Assembly: GCA_000002445.1 (NCBI GenBank)
Contig: CP000067.1
Coordinates: forward strand, 256,001 to 320,000
DNA from: Trypanosoma brucei
Taxonomy: Eukaryota
Direction: 5' to 3'
DNA: 64,000 nucleotides
This document shows, in pieces, positions 22,752-33,967 of this stretch. Each line of letters starts with the position of its first letter. The first letter of the stretch is position 1. The translations under genes were made by a program, and so were the position numbers. The notes under the pieces are model-generated. The model was given only the letters and a program-made list of their open reading frames with translations, did no database searches and was not told the DNA's origin.

Positions 22752-23579
22752 TCAGTTAATCCGATGCTTCTTCCGCGACCTCGGCGGTCGGCCATCGAGA
22801 AAAGTCAGCACCTCACACGCCGAAGAGCAGAGTTTGTCAGCGTCGTGTACACTCCGCAAATCACTACGGTCACCCCTTATGTCATCCGTTAGCCGCTGCT
22901 TCACAAATTCCACTAACAAAGAAACTTCATCCAGTGCCAGACTCTCAGCAGCAAAACTGTTCTCTCCGCCACACACCTCTGCAGTCGAACAGTCACCAGA
23001 GCTCCCTTTCTCCGAGCTAAGGGGCGCTGAGGCATTTTTAATTGTCTTCACCTTCTCTGCAAGCAGTAATATATAGTGAATCACAGCATCTCCAATCGGG
23101 TTGGAAGCGCCACACAACGATTGCGCCACAAGGGCATGCAGACACTTGAGGTCCGTCGCATGGCTCACCGCCGCATTGCCATATTTTCGACCCCCCGCTG
23201 ACTCTGCGGCGCCAGTGACGAAATGCGCATCGAAGAAGGCCCATCGCTCAGAACTTAGAAGCTCCTTCGCCCGTTCTTCATAACGTGCGTGCGAGGCCAC
23301 ATGAGCCTCTGACACCTTCCGGTCGTTATCAAGAAGCCTCTGTAGAGCGCTGATGGCACTATGGCGCTCAAAGCGTGCAACTATAGTGTTCAAGTACGGA
23401 CAAGTTAACCAAAAAAGGGTTGCGCCCACAGCCGCAGTGCGGCCGTTGCGTCCAACCTTCCCTGCAGTCGCACACAACACAGCAGCCCCACCATGTTTAG
23501 TGCATGTTGCGAGTTGTGCGTCGGGAACCCGGTAGTTTGATTGGTCAGCCGCCGCCACGAACGCACTCGGGCTCTGCAT
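22752..23579 (-). CDS. hypothetical protein (275 aa)
   Basis: ATG-initiated minus ORF in the array; no recognisable domain. Confidence 0.45.
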   Translation of the reverse strand: MQSPSAFVAAADQSNYRVPDAQLATCTKHGGAAVLCATAGKVGRNGRTAAVGATLFWLTCPYLNTIVARFERHSAISALQRLLDNDRKVSEAHVASHARYEERAKELLSSERWAFFDAHFVTGAAESAGGRKYGNAAVSHATDLKCLHALVAQSLCGASNPIGDAVIHYILLLAEKVKTIKNASAPLSSEKGSSGDCSTAEVCGGENSFAAESLALDEVSLLVEFVKQRLTDDIRGDRSDLRSVHDADKLCSSACEVLTFLDGRPPRSRKKHRIN

Positions 23580-24220
23580 TGTGGCTTCCGCCCAACAAGT
23601 TGGAGGTTTTACACTGATAAGATTAACTTACTATACAAAAGCCTCCACTGTGAGCCCCTGCTAGCCATTTTATATGGTGTGTATTAGCATCAATGAATGG
23701 AAGGGATTGAAGAGACGGTAGTAAAATCGTTTGGCCAAAAAAACACAATGGGAAAAACAAGTGTAGACACAGAAATACATATAGTCACACATACGAAGGT
23801 GTACATGGGTGACAACGCAACAAAGAAACAAGCATCATCAGGGGTGGAAGAATGAAAAAAAAAAGAAAGAAGGATTGCTCACAAGGAGTAAAATTCATCT
23901 ACAAAGAGGAGAATTATTTATACAGAAAGGGACACAGGAATCGAGCGGGTGAGTGACTACCGAAAGCAGGAAAAGGAAACATTAATATGTACAAAAAAAA
24001 AGAGGTGAAGAAAAAGAAGCCCCCTTGTACCCGATAGTTCTCCTCGCCCCTTCCCTCCCTCCACACGGCGTAACAACAACATTCCGCAGGTGGACCATCC
24101 ACACCATATACATAGGAGCATCAAAGCACCTATTATTCCTAAGAAGATTACGCACTGGGGTATACACATGCGCATATATATATATATATATGCGTGCGTT
24201 GCCGCCCGCTGCCATTGCCA

Positions 24221-24721
24221 TTAGACAAGGTCGTATACCTTGTTCACTTCCTCGATTGTAAACTCTTTCTTTTTAGGCACTGCAAGACGTCCCACGTATT
24301 CCTGTATCTCCTTTGCGTTTTTCTTCACCATGTCAGGTCCCGCATAGAGGTATCGTTTTCTGCTCTCCTCCATATTGGCTTTTTTGCGTGCGAGCGTTTC
24401 TGTATAAAGCCTCTCCACACTACTCTCGACATCGGCGGAGGATATTTTTTTGGATAAAGTTTTCCTTTCCTCTTGAATCTCCAAATTTTCACGAGCTGCA
24501 CGTCGTCTGTTCATTTCATGATCGACCTGCCGCACGACGCTACTCTCAATTGCTTCTTTTGGTAGCCGTTTTGGTGGGGCTGTTGGATAAAAACGGGCGT
24601 CCAGTTGTCGAAGGGTCTCCGCTTTGTGTTCAACCGATTTGTCATGAAGGCGTGTGACAAGCGCCTCGAACTGCCCCTCCGTCAACATGAGTCCAATCCT
24701 GGGATGTGAATCTTGTTCCAT
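24221..24721 (-). CDS. hypothetical charged/coiled protein (166 aa)
   Basis: ATG at 24721 checked; Lys/Glu-rich, helical. Confidence 0.4.
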   Translation of the reverse strand: MEQDSHPRIGLMLTEGQFEALVTRLHDKSVEHKAETLRQLDARFYPTAPPKRLPKEAIESSVVRQVDHEMNRRRAARENLEIQEERKTLSKKISSADVESSVERLYTETLARKKANMEESRKRYLYAGPDMVKKNAKEIQEYVGRLAVPKKKEFTIEEVNKVYDLV

Positions 24722-25013
24722 ATCTAGTTTATGTTGTTTTAATCGTTAGCACTTTCCTCACACACCAGAAAAATTCTAAGAAGTGAGCAAGGATTCAAAA
24801 TGGCACCCCTTTACAGGGGAACGGCACATAGTAAAGATCGTAAAATTTAAAGGAAATGGGGTGGAAAAAGAGCAGTGAAGCAAACACTGTTTTGCTCCCC
24901 ATGTACACACCGGGTACAAGCACACGGATACACACAAACAAACAAACGAACGTTTACGCAACTTCGTCTCACATGGACTAAACCTAAAGAGGTGATCACA
25001 CCCCCACAAAAAG

Positions 25014-26399
25014 CTAACAATGAAACTCAGGTGCGCTTACAACTTTATAATCCTCCCACGCTGCGAGGACTTCACGGTCAAGCTCAAAATAGCGGCTCAG
25101 GGGTTTGTGCCACTTCGCGTCCAAATCCACAACGCCAACACGACATATGGCTGCTTGAGGATGCTCCAAGTTAATCGTCACACCATTAGGTGTATCTCCG
25201 CATTCGATGAACCTGACACGCGGGTTGCTACATAAATTTGCTGACTTTTCCTCAGCTGCCGAACCATCCATGCCCAACTTTGGTGGTGACGACAGTGATG
25301 GTGGCAACTCCACCTTCTCTGATATCGTTAAAGCAACAAGCACGGACACATCCTTCGCTGTGACGGAAGCGTAGAAACGCTCAACGCATTCCTCAAAACC
25401 CATTGGAGGGGCAATAAAATGTGTCAAATGAATACCGCTACATGTCTCCATGCATAACGAAAGGGGAAGCTCACTCTGACAAGCACAGCTTTCAGCCGCA
25501 AACTGTCCCTCGCAAGTGCTGCAAACAATCCAACGAACGCTTGACATGTTTCGTGCCTCACTCCACCGAAAAAGCAACTCAATGTCGAGCACAGGCCACT
25601 CACAACTGGAACTGCTGCCAAAGAGTTGCAGATTTGCTAATATGGAGAGGATCCCCGATCGCCGCAGAACAGAGGAAACAATGTCAATAGAGTTCTCATT
25701 CAGCCCTTGACCTGCATCTGTTGCATGAAGAATCGCAAGGTTATTTCCGGGGTGTTCGCTGAGGTGTTGCAGTGCGTCTACGATAGAAGACCCATCACCC
25801 AGCAACAGCTGATTTGGGCAATAGGTGCAGCGACGCTCCATGGACACCGGGGTGCTATGGTTGTGCCTTTTGCGTTTCAGCAGTTGCATGAGCGAGAATC
25901 GGCACTGACGCAGCTTGATTGGATGCAAATAATATTCTACACCGTCCACGACCACACCCACAACAGCGGGCCGCCTCCATACACCCTTTGGCTTGATTTC
26001 CATGGCCAAAGTTGAGTAATGTGGCCAACTGTCTGTCATAGCTTCTGTCCCTACACCGTCAGAAGTGCTTCTCCCGCCATGGAGCTGAATATGTCGTGGG
26101 TCAGCTGCGAAGTTGGAGACAAGCTCAGCGTAAAGAGCTTCTTGGCAACGAGCCGCAAATAGCGGATAGGCAGCGGCGCATCGCTCCCTCAACTTATCGT
26201 CCAACCCGATACCTAATCTGAAACCAATAAAGTCGTTCAGTGCATCACAGCAGGTGGGGCATCTAAGCAGCTTCCGCGCGCTCAGTCGCAATGCAAGTTG
26301 CCACAGCAGATGAGACGGCAGCAGATGGCCCCATTCACGTGCCTCCTCTTCCGACAATGCAAAAACGATGCTACACGCTCCTGCACCGAGGAAGCGCAT
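25014..26399 (-). CDS. inositol-1,3,4,5,6-pentakisphosphate 2-kinase (IPK1 family)
   Basis: Family motifs are present in the right order. N-terminal GAGACSIVF matches the GEGGANLVL box, AMEIKPKGVW matches EIKPKCGF, RFSLMQLLK matches RFxMHQxLK, and VDLDAKWHKPL matches IDLSLKPL. ATG at 26399. Confidence 0.6.
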   Translation of the reverse strand: MRFLGAGACSIVFALSEEEAREWGHLLPSHLLWQLALRLSARKLLRCPTCCDALNDFIGFRLGIGLDDKLRERCAAAYPLFAARCQEALYAELVSNFAADPRHIQLHGGRSTSDGVGTEAMTDSWPHYSTLAMEIKPKGVWRRPAVVGVVVDGVEYYLHPIKLRQCRFSLMQLLKRKRHNHSTPVSMERRCTYCPNQLLLGDGSSIVDALQHLSEHPGNNLAILHATDAGQGLNENSIDIVSSVLRRSGILSILANLQLFGSSSSCEWPVLDIELLFRWSEARNMSSVRWIVCSTCEGQFAAESCACQSELPLSLCMETCSGIHLTHFIAPPMGFEECVERFYASVTAKDVSVLVALTISEKVELPPSLSSPPKLGMDGSAAEEKSANLCSNPRVRFIECGDTPNGVTINLEHPQAAICRVGVVDLDAKWHKPLSRYFELDREVLAAWEDYKVVSAPEFHC

Positions 26400-26674
26400 C
26401 GTCGCTAACCGGGAGTGGGGAGGAGGAATCCCCCGCTATGCATATCGGTCGAGGAGAAGGTTAACACAAAGGAAAACAGGTGCACATCAGAAGGCGGAAT
26501 GGAAAAAAAAAACGGACGGGCAAAAGCAGCTGGTACCATTAAAACGAAAGCAGTGATGGTCCACAGAGACTTCCGAATGTGTGGCAACAAAAAAGTATCA
26601 CGACACGATATAAGGGAAAGAGCGGTGGAACATAGCGTTGTGTGTGAATACGTTTCCCCGGACCACTAAATTCA

Positions 26675-29600
26675 TTATTCTCCTTCACCGTTGGTAGGGA
26701 TGGGACTAATGACGACGTTTGCTGCACCTCCCAGATGACACTCACGCACCAGTTCAGCATACATCTTAGCTTCCGGAGAGGTCCCCATAATTCGCCGCAA
26801 CAATTCCATGACTCGCAGTGCTTCCGCCCATGTCCAACCTCGGCAAAGATTCAGCAGTTTCCCCCGAGGTGGTGGAGACTGTGACAGTAATTCGATAGAT
26901 AACAACCACCTGTCACTGCCGCGCCTCGAGTCACTCCACAAAAGCGCTTGTTCCGGTCTGTCGTGTACAAAGCGCCCCGCTCTCAGTAACAACGTCATGG
27001 CATCATCAACATCGCGCAGCGCAAAGACAAGAAGCGACCGCTCGTAAATGTTCGGATGCTTTAAACTCTTGAAAAAGTAGAGTGCAGCATTGTAGTCATT
27101 TGTTCCGTATGCGGCACTCCGTAACAGATGCGAGGTGATGTTCGCCGGTATTGGCATTTGCATCACCCGGCTCAGGTGATGGTAGAGAAGTCCAATAATC
27201 AGCAGCGCATGGAGAGGTTTATCCTCGCGGAGTGCAACAGGAACACCCCGCCGGCCCTCCCTCCCCAACTGTGTCATTCCGAAACCTTCCACGATATGGT
27301 TGAACAGCCGGCGCACCAACGGCCACACCGTGGTATCACTCCACCTTTCGCCGTCATAATGGAGTAATAGACCCTTCAGTAACGTCACAAGGGGTCGGAG
27401 GTATGTTGCATCCGCCCTGTATTCCTTCATCACCAACATTTGGTACCGATAGACGGCCTTGACTGCAGTGACAAGAGATTTCTCCTCCACTGCCTGGTAG
27501 TAAACGCGCACGGTATTCAGCAGGAAAGAGTAAGGAAATAATGATACCCCTTTACTTACAGCGTCAAACGGGATATGTGGCTTCATGCAAGCGATAAGCA
27601 ACCAGTGCTCATCGATCACCTCATTATTTTCACTCAAATCGCCGATTGCTGTTAGTGCTTGTTCCCATGATAAAACACGAAGTAGTCGCTGAAGCCCATG
27701 TTCGTCCACGTCCAGCGCGCAAAGAGTAGAAAGTTTAGCTGTCTGCATGACATCGTGCATTGATTGCGAAGACTGAAGCAAAGCGCAGCATGCCCCAAGT
27801 ACACGCCTCCTCCACTGCACATCCTTCCTTCCATTGCTGAACTTCGTCCGAAAGGCAGAAATCACAAGCTCATCCGTCGCAAATCTGGTATCGCCATGAA
27901 GCAGATCCTGCAGAACAAGAGTCCAACGGTCCTGCGGATTGCCCCTCCAGAGCAATTTGACAACATTTAAGGCTAAATGGCGAGGCGCCACATAAGCCAG
28001 AGCGGCAGACGACTCCGGATAGGGAGGTTTCGTTCGCTGCATAATTACAATAGCACGCTCCCACTGCCCGGTAAGAGCTAAGGCACTCATACAACTCTCC
28101 AAAGCTACCGCATGCGCAGTAAGATAATGTAGAGGGGTGGTTAATGCAATGCGGGACGACAGGGTAGCATCTAAACGGCCAAAATGAGGAGTTGCGCGAA
28201 GTACCGCTAATGAAAACTCGTGACGAAGACCGGCGGTAAGTTGAACTTTCCCGCTTGCAAGGCAGCGCGAAACCTCCCGCAGGAATGCCTCGCCGGACAA
28301 CTTATTGGTGAGACGGAGATGTTCCACCACGATGGCACAGAGAGCATTGCATCCCTCACCATCTGTGACAATTTCATTACCCGATAGAAACTTGGCATAT
28401 CGGTCGGGAGACACTGGTTTCAGCCCACCCCTTCTCCGCAAGCCAAAATGATGTTTGCGCAGCTCCTGAGGGATAACCTGCACAAAATATTGCTGGACTT
28501 TGCTGCTGGCGGAAAGGCACACAAGTCTAGAAAGTTCCTCGCTCTGGAACGTGAAGCACTGTATCTCACTACTTTCCTCCAATATCGGGGACTTCGGTGA
28601 AAGTTTCGGCTCACTTCGTGCCAGCATCAATGACTTGAGCCTAGCATTATCATGAACATTTTTTAGTTGTCTCCAGTCCCCATGCAGAGCAACGGCTAAC
28701 TGCTCCTCAAAGGAAACAGGCGCTTGCAGCCCACCGGGAAGATTCACACGGCACAGAGCCCCTTCGTAGGCAAGCAGTTCATGGGGCAAAGCAGCGCCTC
28801 TTGATGCATACGGTGCGAGGGGGAGTGCTACGTCATAGTAACGACACCCACAAAGCAAACCAATGGCCTCAGCCCATTCGCCCCTCTGGGCCAGCTTAAA
28901 AGCCCTACGTGACAATGTTCCGGCGTACATGGACTCCCCCGTCGCTCGAGTGGCGTCCGTTAGTATTTGCATTCGTTGCGGGTGGTCGCCAGGTACCATA
29001 CTGAGGATGGGACGCAATATGCCATATGAGTCGACGCCGTTCTGACTACAAAAATGGAGAGAAGCCTCCCATCCCACAGCGGAAATGCAGTCCTTTCGAA
29101 TAAGTAGCGCTTGAGCTGCGTCACGCGACCTCCACCGCTCGTATGTTCTCAATGCACACAGCCAGTTCGGGGCGTATTCGATAGACGAAGCAACAAAGGA
29201 GGGCTCTACAGGGTGAAGACACTCTATAGCTTTAATCCATTGAACCATACGCGAAGTGTGTAACCAAAGAAGCCGTTTGGCCGAAGGCCGGACTTCGTGC
29301 GCGGCATTGACAACGGACAGAGCGACGCTCCACTGGCCTTGGGTTGCATATAACATGGCATATCTAAAAGCCAATACCTCTCTTTCTGACCTTGGCAATT
29401 TCTCAGCCCCAACCAGCGCCAGGAGACGGCAACAACTCAGTGCCGTGTCCGGTTGTTTCCCTCCCAGCTCATAGCAGTGCAGTAGTACACAAGACACAAC
29501 TGGAAGCACACCTCCCAGCTGAGGGCGTTCTCGAATCGCTGCCAGCACTATGGACGCAAATTGAACAATTGTTTCTGAAGCCAGAAGACGGTTGAAAACG

Positions 29601-29980
29601 GCAAGCATGTCATCTTCAGTTTGCCAGGCGCCCACGATAACATGTGGTAGTTGCATCCACAGCCTGGACGTAGGTCCCAGTCTGCTGCACACAAATTCCC
29701 TCCGAGAAGGCGAAAATGCAGCCAACTGGGCGTCCATCAATGTCAAAGAGTTCCTCCAAGTAATGTTATGTCGGGCGAGGGCCTTCCAAACGGTTGTCGA
29801 GTTGCCTTTTGAGGCTAAGAACGACAAACGTTGCTGTTGCTCCGCACGCTGTGTCTCATTCAGCGTCCTCCGCATGAGCCTGAAAGCATCCCCCTTTGTC
29901 AAGGGTTGACCCTCAGTAAGGTGTTTCTTCCATTGCCGTAAAAGGGTGTCATCGCAAAAAATGCGCGCGGAACACCGCAT
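26675..29980 (-). CDS. large alpha-helical repeat protein (1101 aa; possible PPR/TPR-like), hypothetical
   Basis: ATG at 29980; uninterrupted 3.3-kb ORF; helix-rich with repeated amphipathic Leu/Ala-rich about 35-aa units. Confidence 0.6.
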   Translation of the reverse strand: MRCSARIFCDDTLLRQWKKHLTEGQPLTKGDAFRLMRRTLNETQRAEQQQRLSFLASKGNSTTVWKALARHNITWRNSLTLMDAQLAAFSPSRREFVCSRLGPTSRLWMQLPHVIVGAWQTEDDMLAVFNRLLASETIVQFASIVLAAIRERPQLGGVLPVVSCVLLHCYELGGKQPDTALSCCRLLALVGAEKLPRSEREVLAFRYAMLYATQGQWSVALSVVNAAHEVRPSAKRLLWLHTSRMVQWIKAIECLHPVEPSFVASSIEYAPNWLCALRTYERWRSRDAAQALLIRKDCISAVGWEASLHFCSQNGVDSYGILRPILSMVPGDHPQRMQILTDATRATGESMYAGTLSRRAFKLAQRGEWAEAIGLLCGCRYYDVALPLAPYASRGAALPHELLAYEGALCRVNLPGGLQAPVSFEEQLAVALHGDWRQLKNVHDNARLKSLMLARSEPKLSPKSPILEESSEIQCFTFQSEELSRLVCLSASSKVQQYFVQVIPQELRKHHFGLRRRGGLKPVSPDRYAKFLSGNEIVTDGEGCNALCAIVVEHLRLTNKLSGEAFLREVSRCLASGKVQLTAGLRHEFSLAVLRATPHFGRLDATLSSRIALTTPLHYLTAHAVALESCMSALALTGQWERAIVIMQRTKPPYPESSAALAYVAPRHLALNVVKLLWRGNPQDRWTLVLQDLLHGDTRFATDELVISAFRTKFSNGRKDVQWRRRVLGACCALLQSSQSMHDVMQTAKLSTLCALDVDEHGLQRLLRVLSWEQALTAIGDLSENNEVIDEHWLLIACMKPHIPFDAVSKGVSLFPYSFLLNTVRVYYQAVEEKSLVTAVKAVYRYQMLVMKEYRADATYLRPLVTLLKGLLLHYDGERWSDTTVWPLVRRLFNHIVEGFGMTQLGREGRRGVPVALREDKPLHALLIIGLLYHHLSRVMQMPIPANITSHLLRSAAYGTNDYNAALYFFKSLKHPNIYERSLLVFALRDVDDAMTLLLRAGRFVHDRPEQALLWSDSRRGSDRWLLSIELLSQSPPPRGKLLNLCRGWTWAEALRVMELLRRIMGTSPEAKMYAELVRECHLGGAANVVISPIPTNGEGE

Positions 29981-30379
29981 CCCGCATTTCTACGGGGTAT
30001 AAGTAACCCGCACAAATCTGCTACCGCTAGCACACTACACACACAAACACACGGCCATACAATGTTAACGAAGCGAAAAGAAAAAAAGAAAGAAAGGAAA
30101 GAAAGAAAGAAACACCATTACGCTTTATCAACGAAGATCGAAACACAAAATGTGAGTGAACAAAGCAGCAAAGGGACAGACGAAGATGTTGGTCGGAAAA
30201 CGTAAACAGGACTGTTCAAGAAGAATGAATGCTACATCTCCCTAAGAGAGTCCTAGGTGAATAGCATGTACCCCAATCACTCCCAAACACGCGGCGTACA
30301 GCCCCCCAAAAAAAAAAAAGAAAAAATAATGATAATAGAAAAGACGCACCATCATCAGCACTGCCTGAATCACGATACT

Positions 30380-30988
30380 TCAATGCATAAACTCGTTAGG
30401 CTTCCACCGGCGGATAAACTGCGGATCCCTATACTTCCACCCCTTCACCTCGGGATCAGTCCAGCAGAGTGGACGTGGATTCTTGTCTGCATGCGGGTGA
30501 ATACTATCCTCATACAACCAGGCCTTTTCCAACGGGGCAATGCGCGTCTTTAGTTTACGGACAAAGTGGCGGTTAACTTCATCCTTCAAAAACCACCACA
30601 TGAGCATGCAAGGATCACGCTCATACATATCCGTAAGCCTAATACGGTACTTCCCACCCGGGTATGCCGTCTGCCACGTGATGGGCACACGAATCCATTG
30701 ATCACCAACCATCACAACATCTTTAATATTGACAATAACAACATGATCACCCGTTATCATCCCTGGCGTAAAATCAGGTCGATGCTGTCCAGTAATGTAT
30801 TGAGCCGCTACGGCTGCCACACGCGGCAGCTGCTCACCGCGGGCATCGAGTAACCACCACCTCTCCCCCTCGCGGCAGAGCCATTGCTTCGACATATCAT
30901 TATACAGCGGCAGTCCCTCTGGATGGTGCTTGTGGCGCCGTAACACACTCTTGAAGGGAGCCATAACTATCCTGGTTGATCGCTGCAT
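30380..30988 (-). CDS. mitochondrial ribosomal protein uL13m (bacterial-type L13)
   Basis: WWLLDARGEQLPRVAAVAAQYITGQHRPDFTPGMITGDHVVIVNIKDVVMVG aligns to bacterial L13 (WyvvDA.Gk.LGRLAs.iA..LrGKHKp.yTPhvdtGDyvIViNaekVavtG). Cytosolic uL13 (L13a) lacks this pattern. Confidence 0.7.
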   Translation of the reverse strand: MQRSTRIVMAPFKSVLRRHKHHPEGLPLYNDMSKQWLCREGERWWLLDARGEQLPRVAAVAAQYITGQHRPDFTPGMITGDHVVIVNIKDVVMVGDQWIRVPITWQTAYPGGKYRIRLTDMYERDPCMLMWWFLKDEVNRHFVRKLKTRIAPLEKAWLYEDSIHPHADKNPRPLCWTDPEVKGWKYRDPQFIRRWKPNEFMH

Positions 30989-32134
30989 CAGTAAATAGCT
31001 ACGCCAGTAACAAAAATATTACGTCAAGAATATTATATATATTTATATATATATTTATATATATATACTTCCTCCTTCCTACCGTTTATAGCACCCGCCT
31101 TGTCGGTTGGGACCGCAGTGCCTCGCAGGAAGGGAGTTTTACCTTCCGCGTTTTCGTTAACTTTAGGCGATTTCATTGCGCACGATAATAATAAAAAGTG
31201 GAAACAAGCAAGAAGTTTGTAGTACGAACCCCTGTGTGTGAAGGGGGGGGAAGCATTCATTTAGAAAAACTTACGAGTGGTGTGGAGAGGAAATTGCTGG
31301 CGCATGTAAAAAAAAACAAAAAACAGATGGGACGCACATTCAACACAAAGCTGTATACAGCGCTCTCGAGGGTTCTCACACAACCTAAGTTTAGAAAACA
31401 AGCAAGCATTTCTCCCCTCCTCCCTCCAATTCGCGTTCCCCCGATTGTTTATTCGACAGCACCTGACGCCTTGCCCTCAAGTGTTCTCCTCTTCAACTCA
31501 TCTCCCCCAACCATTCACCTCCTTCACAGTTATAAGTAAAATGTGTAGGGGAAAAAGTAAAAACCATACAAGTAGTTACCTTCCATTACCTTTAGCTATC
31601 CCTAGTACGTAGCAATTCTCTTTCGTTGTCTCCTTCCTGTTCCCTTCGCTTGTGACCTTCAGCAGACCCTTGGGTTCCCACAAAACAGTCACAAAGGTTG
31701 AAGGTGGAAAGCAAGTGTAAACATCAACATGACAACTCACGCCAAATAAATAAAAAAAACATTTTCCCTCTCTCTTCCCTTCACGTGCGGACCCCCTGAA
31801 AATCAGTCCCCTTCCACACGGCTACTGTGAGAAGCAAACCTCACCGCATATGCCCTCCCCCATTCAAACACATAACTCGGGGGGAAAGGGATATAAGCAG
31901 AAAAGAAAAAAAGAAAAAGGAAGAAATACTCGCGTTAAGGGAAATTTTTGGGGGAAAAAAAAAAGAATAGCAAGGCAACGCCCTCTTCCCTCCTTTTGCC
32001 TTCCCTCCCTCGTGCTCTCCCTCCCATTTCCTTACAGATCGAAGAACTACTGTGCCCAGCAATGAACAAAAAGAGAAAAAAGACTTTTTCAGACTACACT
32101 CCTTTTTCCCAACTCCGGTTGAGTTTCAGTAGCA

Positions 32135-33967
32135 CTACTGCACGAGGGAAGCGAATGCGGTCATGATCTCCTCGTGTTGCTTCTTGTAGTACTTAACGTT
32201 GGCTTCTTCTCCTTCCTGAGGGTCTCGGAACTTCATTTCCGTGAGACCAGTGTAGACATGAGGGATCTTTTCGCGAATGTAATTCCACGTGATCTTGTGC
32301 TCGCCCGCAGACTCCGCTACAACTCGCTGACCCTCCTCGTAGAAGGTGACAATGTTGCGCAACATCCAGCATGTCTTATACGGTGGGCAGTACTTGTCAT
32401 ACGGAGTGAAGGCATTCTGCTGAAGAAATTCCTCACGGATAACTTTCGCAGTCTCTAGAATTATCTTGTCAGACTCAGAAAGGGAGTCTTTGCCGACGAG
32501 CTGAACAATTTCCTGCAGCTCCTCTTCGCGCTGCAAAATCTCAGCGGCAACTGAGCGCAGCCGCATGTAGTCGGGGTCGAGAGAATTGAAGAAGGGCTCC
32601 AAAGCCTTGAGGTACTTGGAGTAAGAAATGAGCCAGTTCACGGACGGGAAGTGTTTGCGTTGAGCGAGTCGCTTCTCGAGTCCCCAGAAAACTTGCACGA
32701 TACCAAGGGTGGCGGACGTTACGGGATCGGAGAAATCACCACCCGGTGGGGAAACGGCACCAACAATTGTTACAGACCCTTCACGCTTGGGCCCACCGAT
32801 GCATGTCACACGGCCAGCACGCTCGTAGAAGGAGGCCAAACGGGCGCTGAGGTACGCGGGATAACCTCCATCTGCAGGCATTTCAGCAAGACGACCGGAA
32901 ATCTCACGCAAAGCCTCAGCCCAGCGGGAGGTTGAATCGGCCATCATGGCGATGTGTTTTCCCATATCCCGATAATACTCAGCTAAGGTGATACCAGTGT
33001 AAATAGATGCCTCACGAGCAGCAACAGGCATATTGGAAGTATTTGCCACCAGGCATGTGCGCTTCATGATAGACTCCTCACGTCCATCAATAATGGTGGT
33101 GAGAGTGGGAAAGTCCATGAGCACCTCCGCCATCTCATTGCCACGCTCACCACAACCCACGTAAATAACAGCGTCACTGTTCGAGTACTTCGAGAGTGCC
33201 TGACTGATAACTGTCTTGCCACAGCCAAACGCACCGGGGATGGCACAGGTTCCGCCCTGCACGGATGGAAACAGGGCATCAAGCACGCGCTGACCAGTAA
33301 GAAGTGGGTGGTTTCCAGACTCCTTTGAAGCCACAGGCCTGGGGGTCCGCACCGGCCACCGGTGCATGAGCTTGAGCGACTTGACCTTCCCATTGTACTC
33401 CAACTCCACAATATCGTCCTCCAGTGTGTAGTTTCCAGAAGCCACAATGGAAGTGACCCTCCCTCGGATGTTTGGCGGGACCATTATACTGTGGTTGTAC
33501 ATCAGTGAGTTCTCCACGACCGAACCAATAATATCGCCACCGGAAATGAGGTCCCCAACCTTCAAGCATGGTTTAAAATCCCATTGTTTCTGGTCGTTGA
33601 GGGACTTCACCTGGACGCCCCTAGGAATGAAGACGTTCTCCACCATGCGGTAGATGGTATCGAGGGGGCGCTGAATCCCATCAAATATTTCTGACATGAT
33701 ACCCGGCCCAAGTTCAAGGGAGAGAGGCTTACCTGTACAGTAGACTGGATCTCCAACGGTTAGCCCGCCAGTTTCCTCGTACACTTGAATAGTGGCCGTA
33801 TCACCCTCTAGTCGAATGATTTCACCCACCAACCGAAATGAGCCCACCTGCACAAGTTCGTACATCGCGCTGCCGCCCATGTTCTCCGCAATAACGACAG
33901 GTCCGGAAACAGCCTTGACGGAACCCATCCGCTGCTCTGTTTTGTATGGGTTGCGGTCGCTCGACAT
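32135..33967 (-). CDS. V-type proton ATPase catalytic subunit A
   Basis: 610 aa. Walker [13 protein letters not shown]; [20 protein letters not shown]; [11 protein letters not shown]; the whole length is typical of V-ATPase A. ATG at 33967. Confidence 0.95.
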   Translation of the reverse strand: MSSDRNPYKTEQRMGSVKAVSGPVVIAENMGGSAMYELVQVGSFRLVGEIIRLEGDTATIQVYEETGGLTVGDPVYCTGKPLSLELGPGIMSEIFDGIQRPLDTIYRMVENVFIPRGVQVKSLNDQKQWDFKPCLKVGDLISGGDIIGSVVENSLMYNHSIMVPPNIRGRVTSIVASGNYTLEDDIVELEYNGKVKSLKLMHRWPVRTPRPVASKESGNHPLLTGQRVLDALFPSVQGGTCAIPGAFGCGKTVISQALSKYSNSDAVIYVGCGERGNEMAEVLMDFPTLTTIIDGREESIMKRTCLVANTSNMPVAAREASIYTGITLAEYYRDMGKHIAMMADSTSRWAEALREISGRLAEMPADGGYPAYLSARLASFYERAGRVTCIGGPKREGSVTIVGAVSPPGGDFSDPVTSATLGIVQVFWGLEKRLAQRKHFPSVNWLISYSKYLKALEPFFNSLDPDYMRLRSVAAEILQREEELQEIVQLVGKDSLSESDKIILETAKVIREEFLQQNAFTPYDKYCPPYKTCWMLRNIVTFYEEGQRVVAESAGEHKITWNYIREKIPHVYTGLTEMKFRDPQEGEEANVKYYKKQHEEIMTAFASLVQ

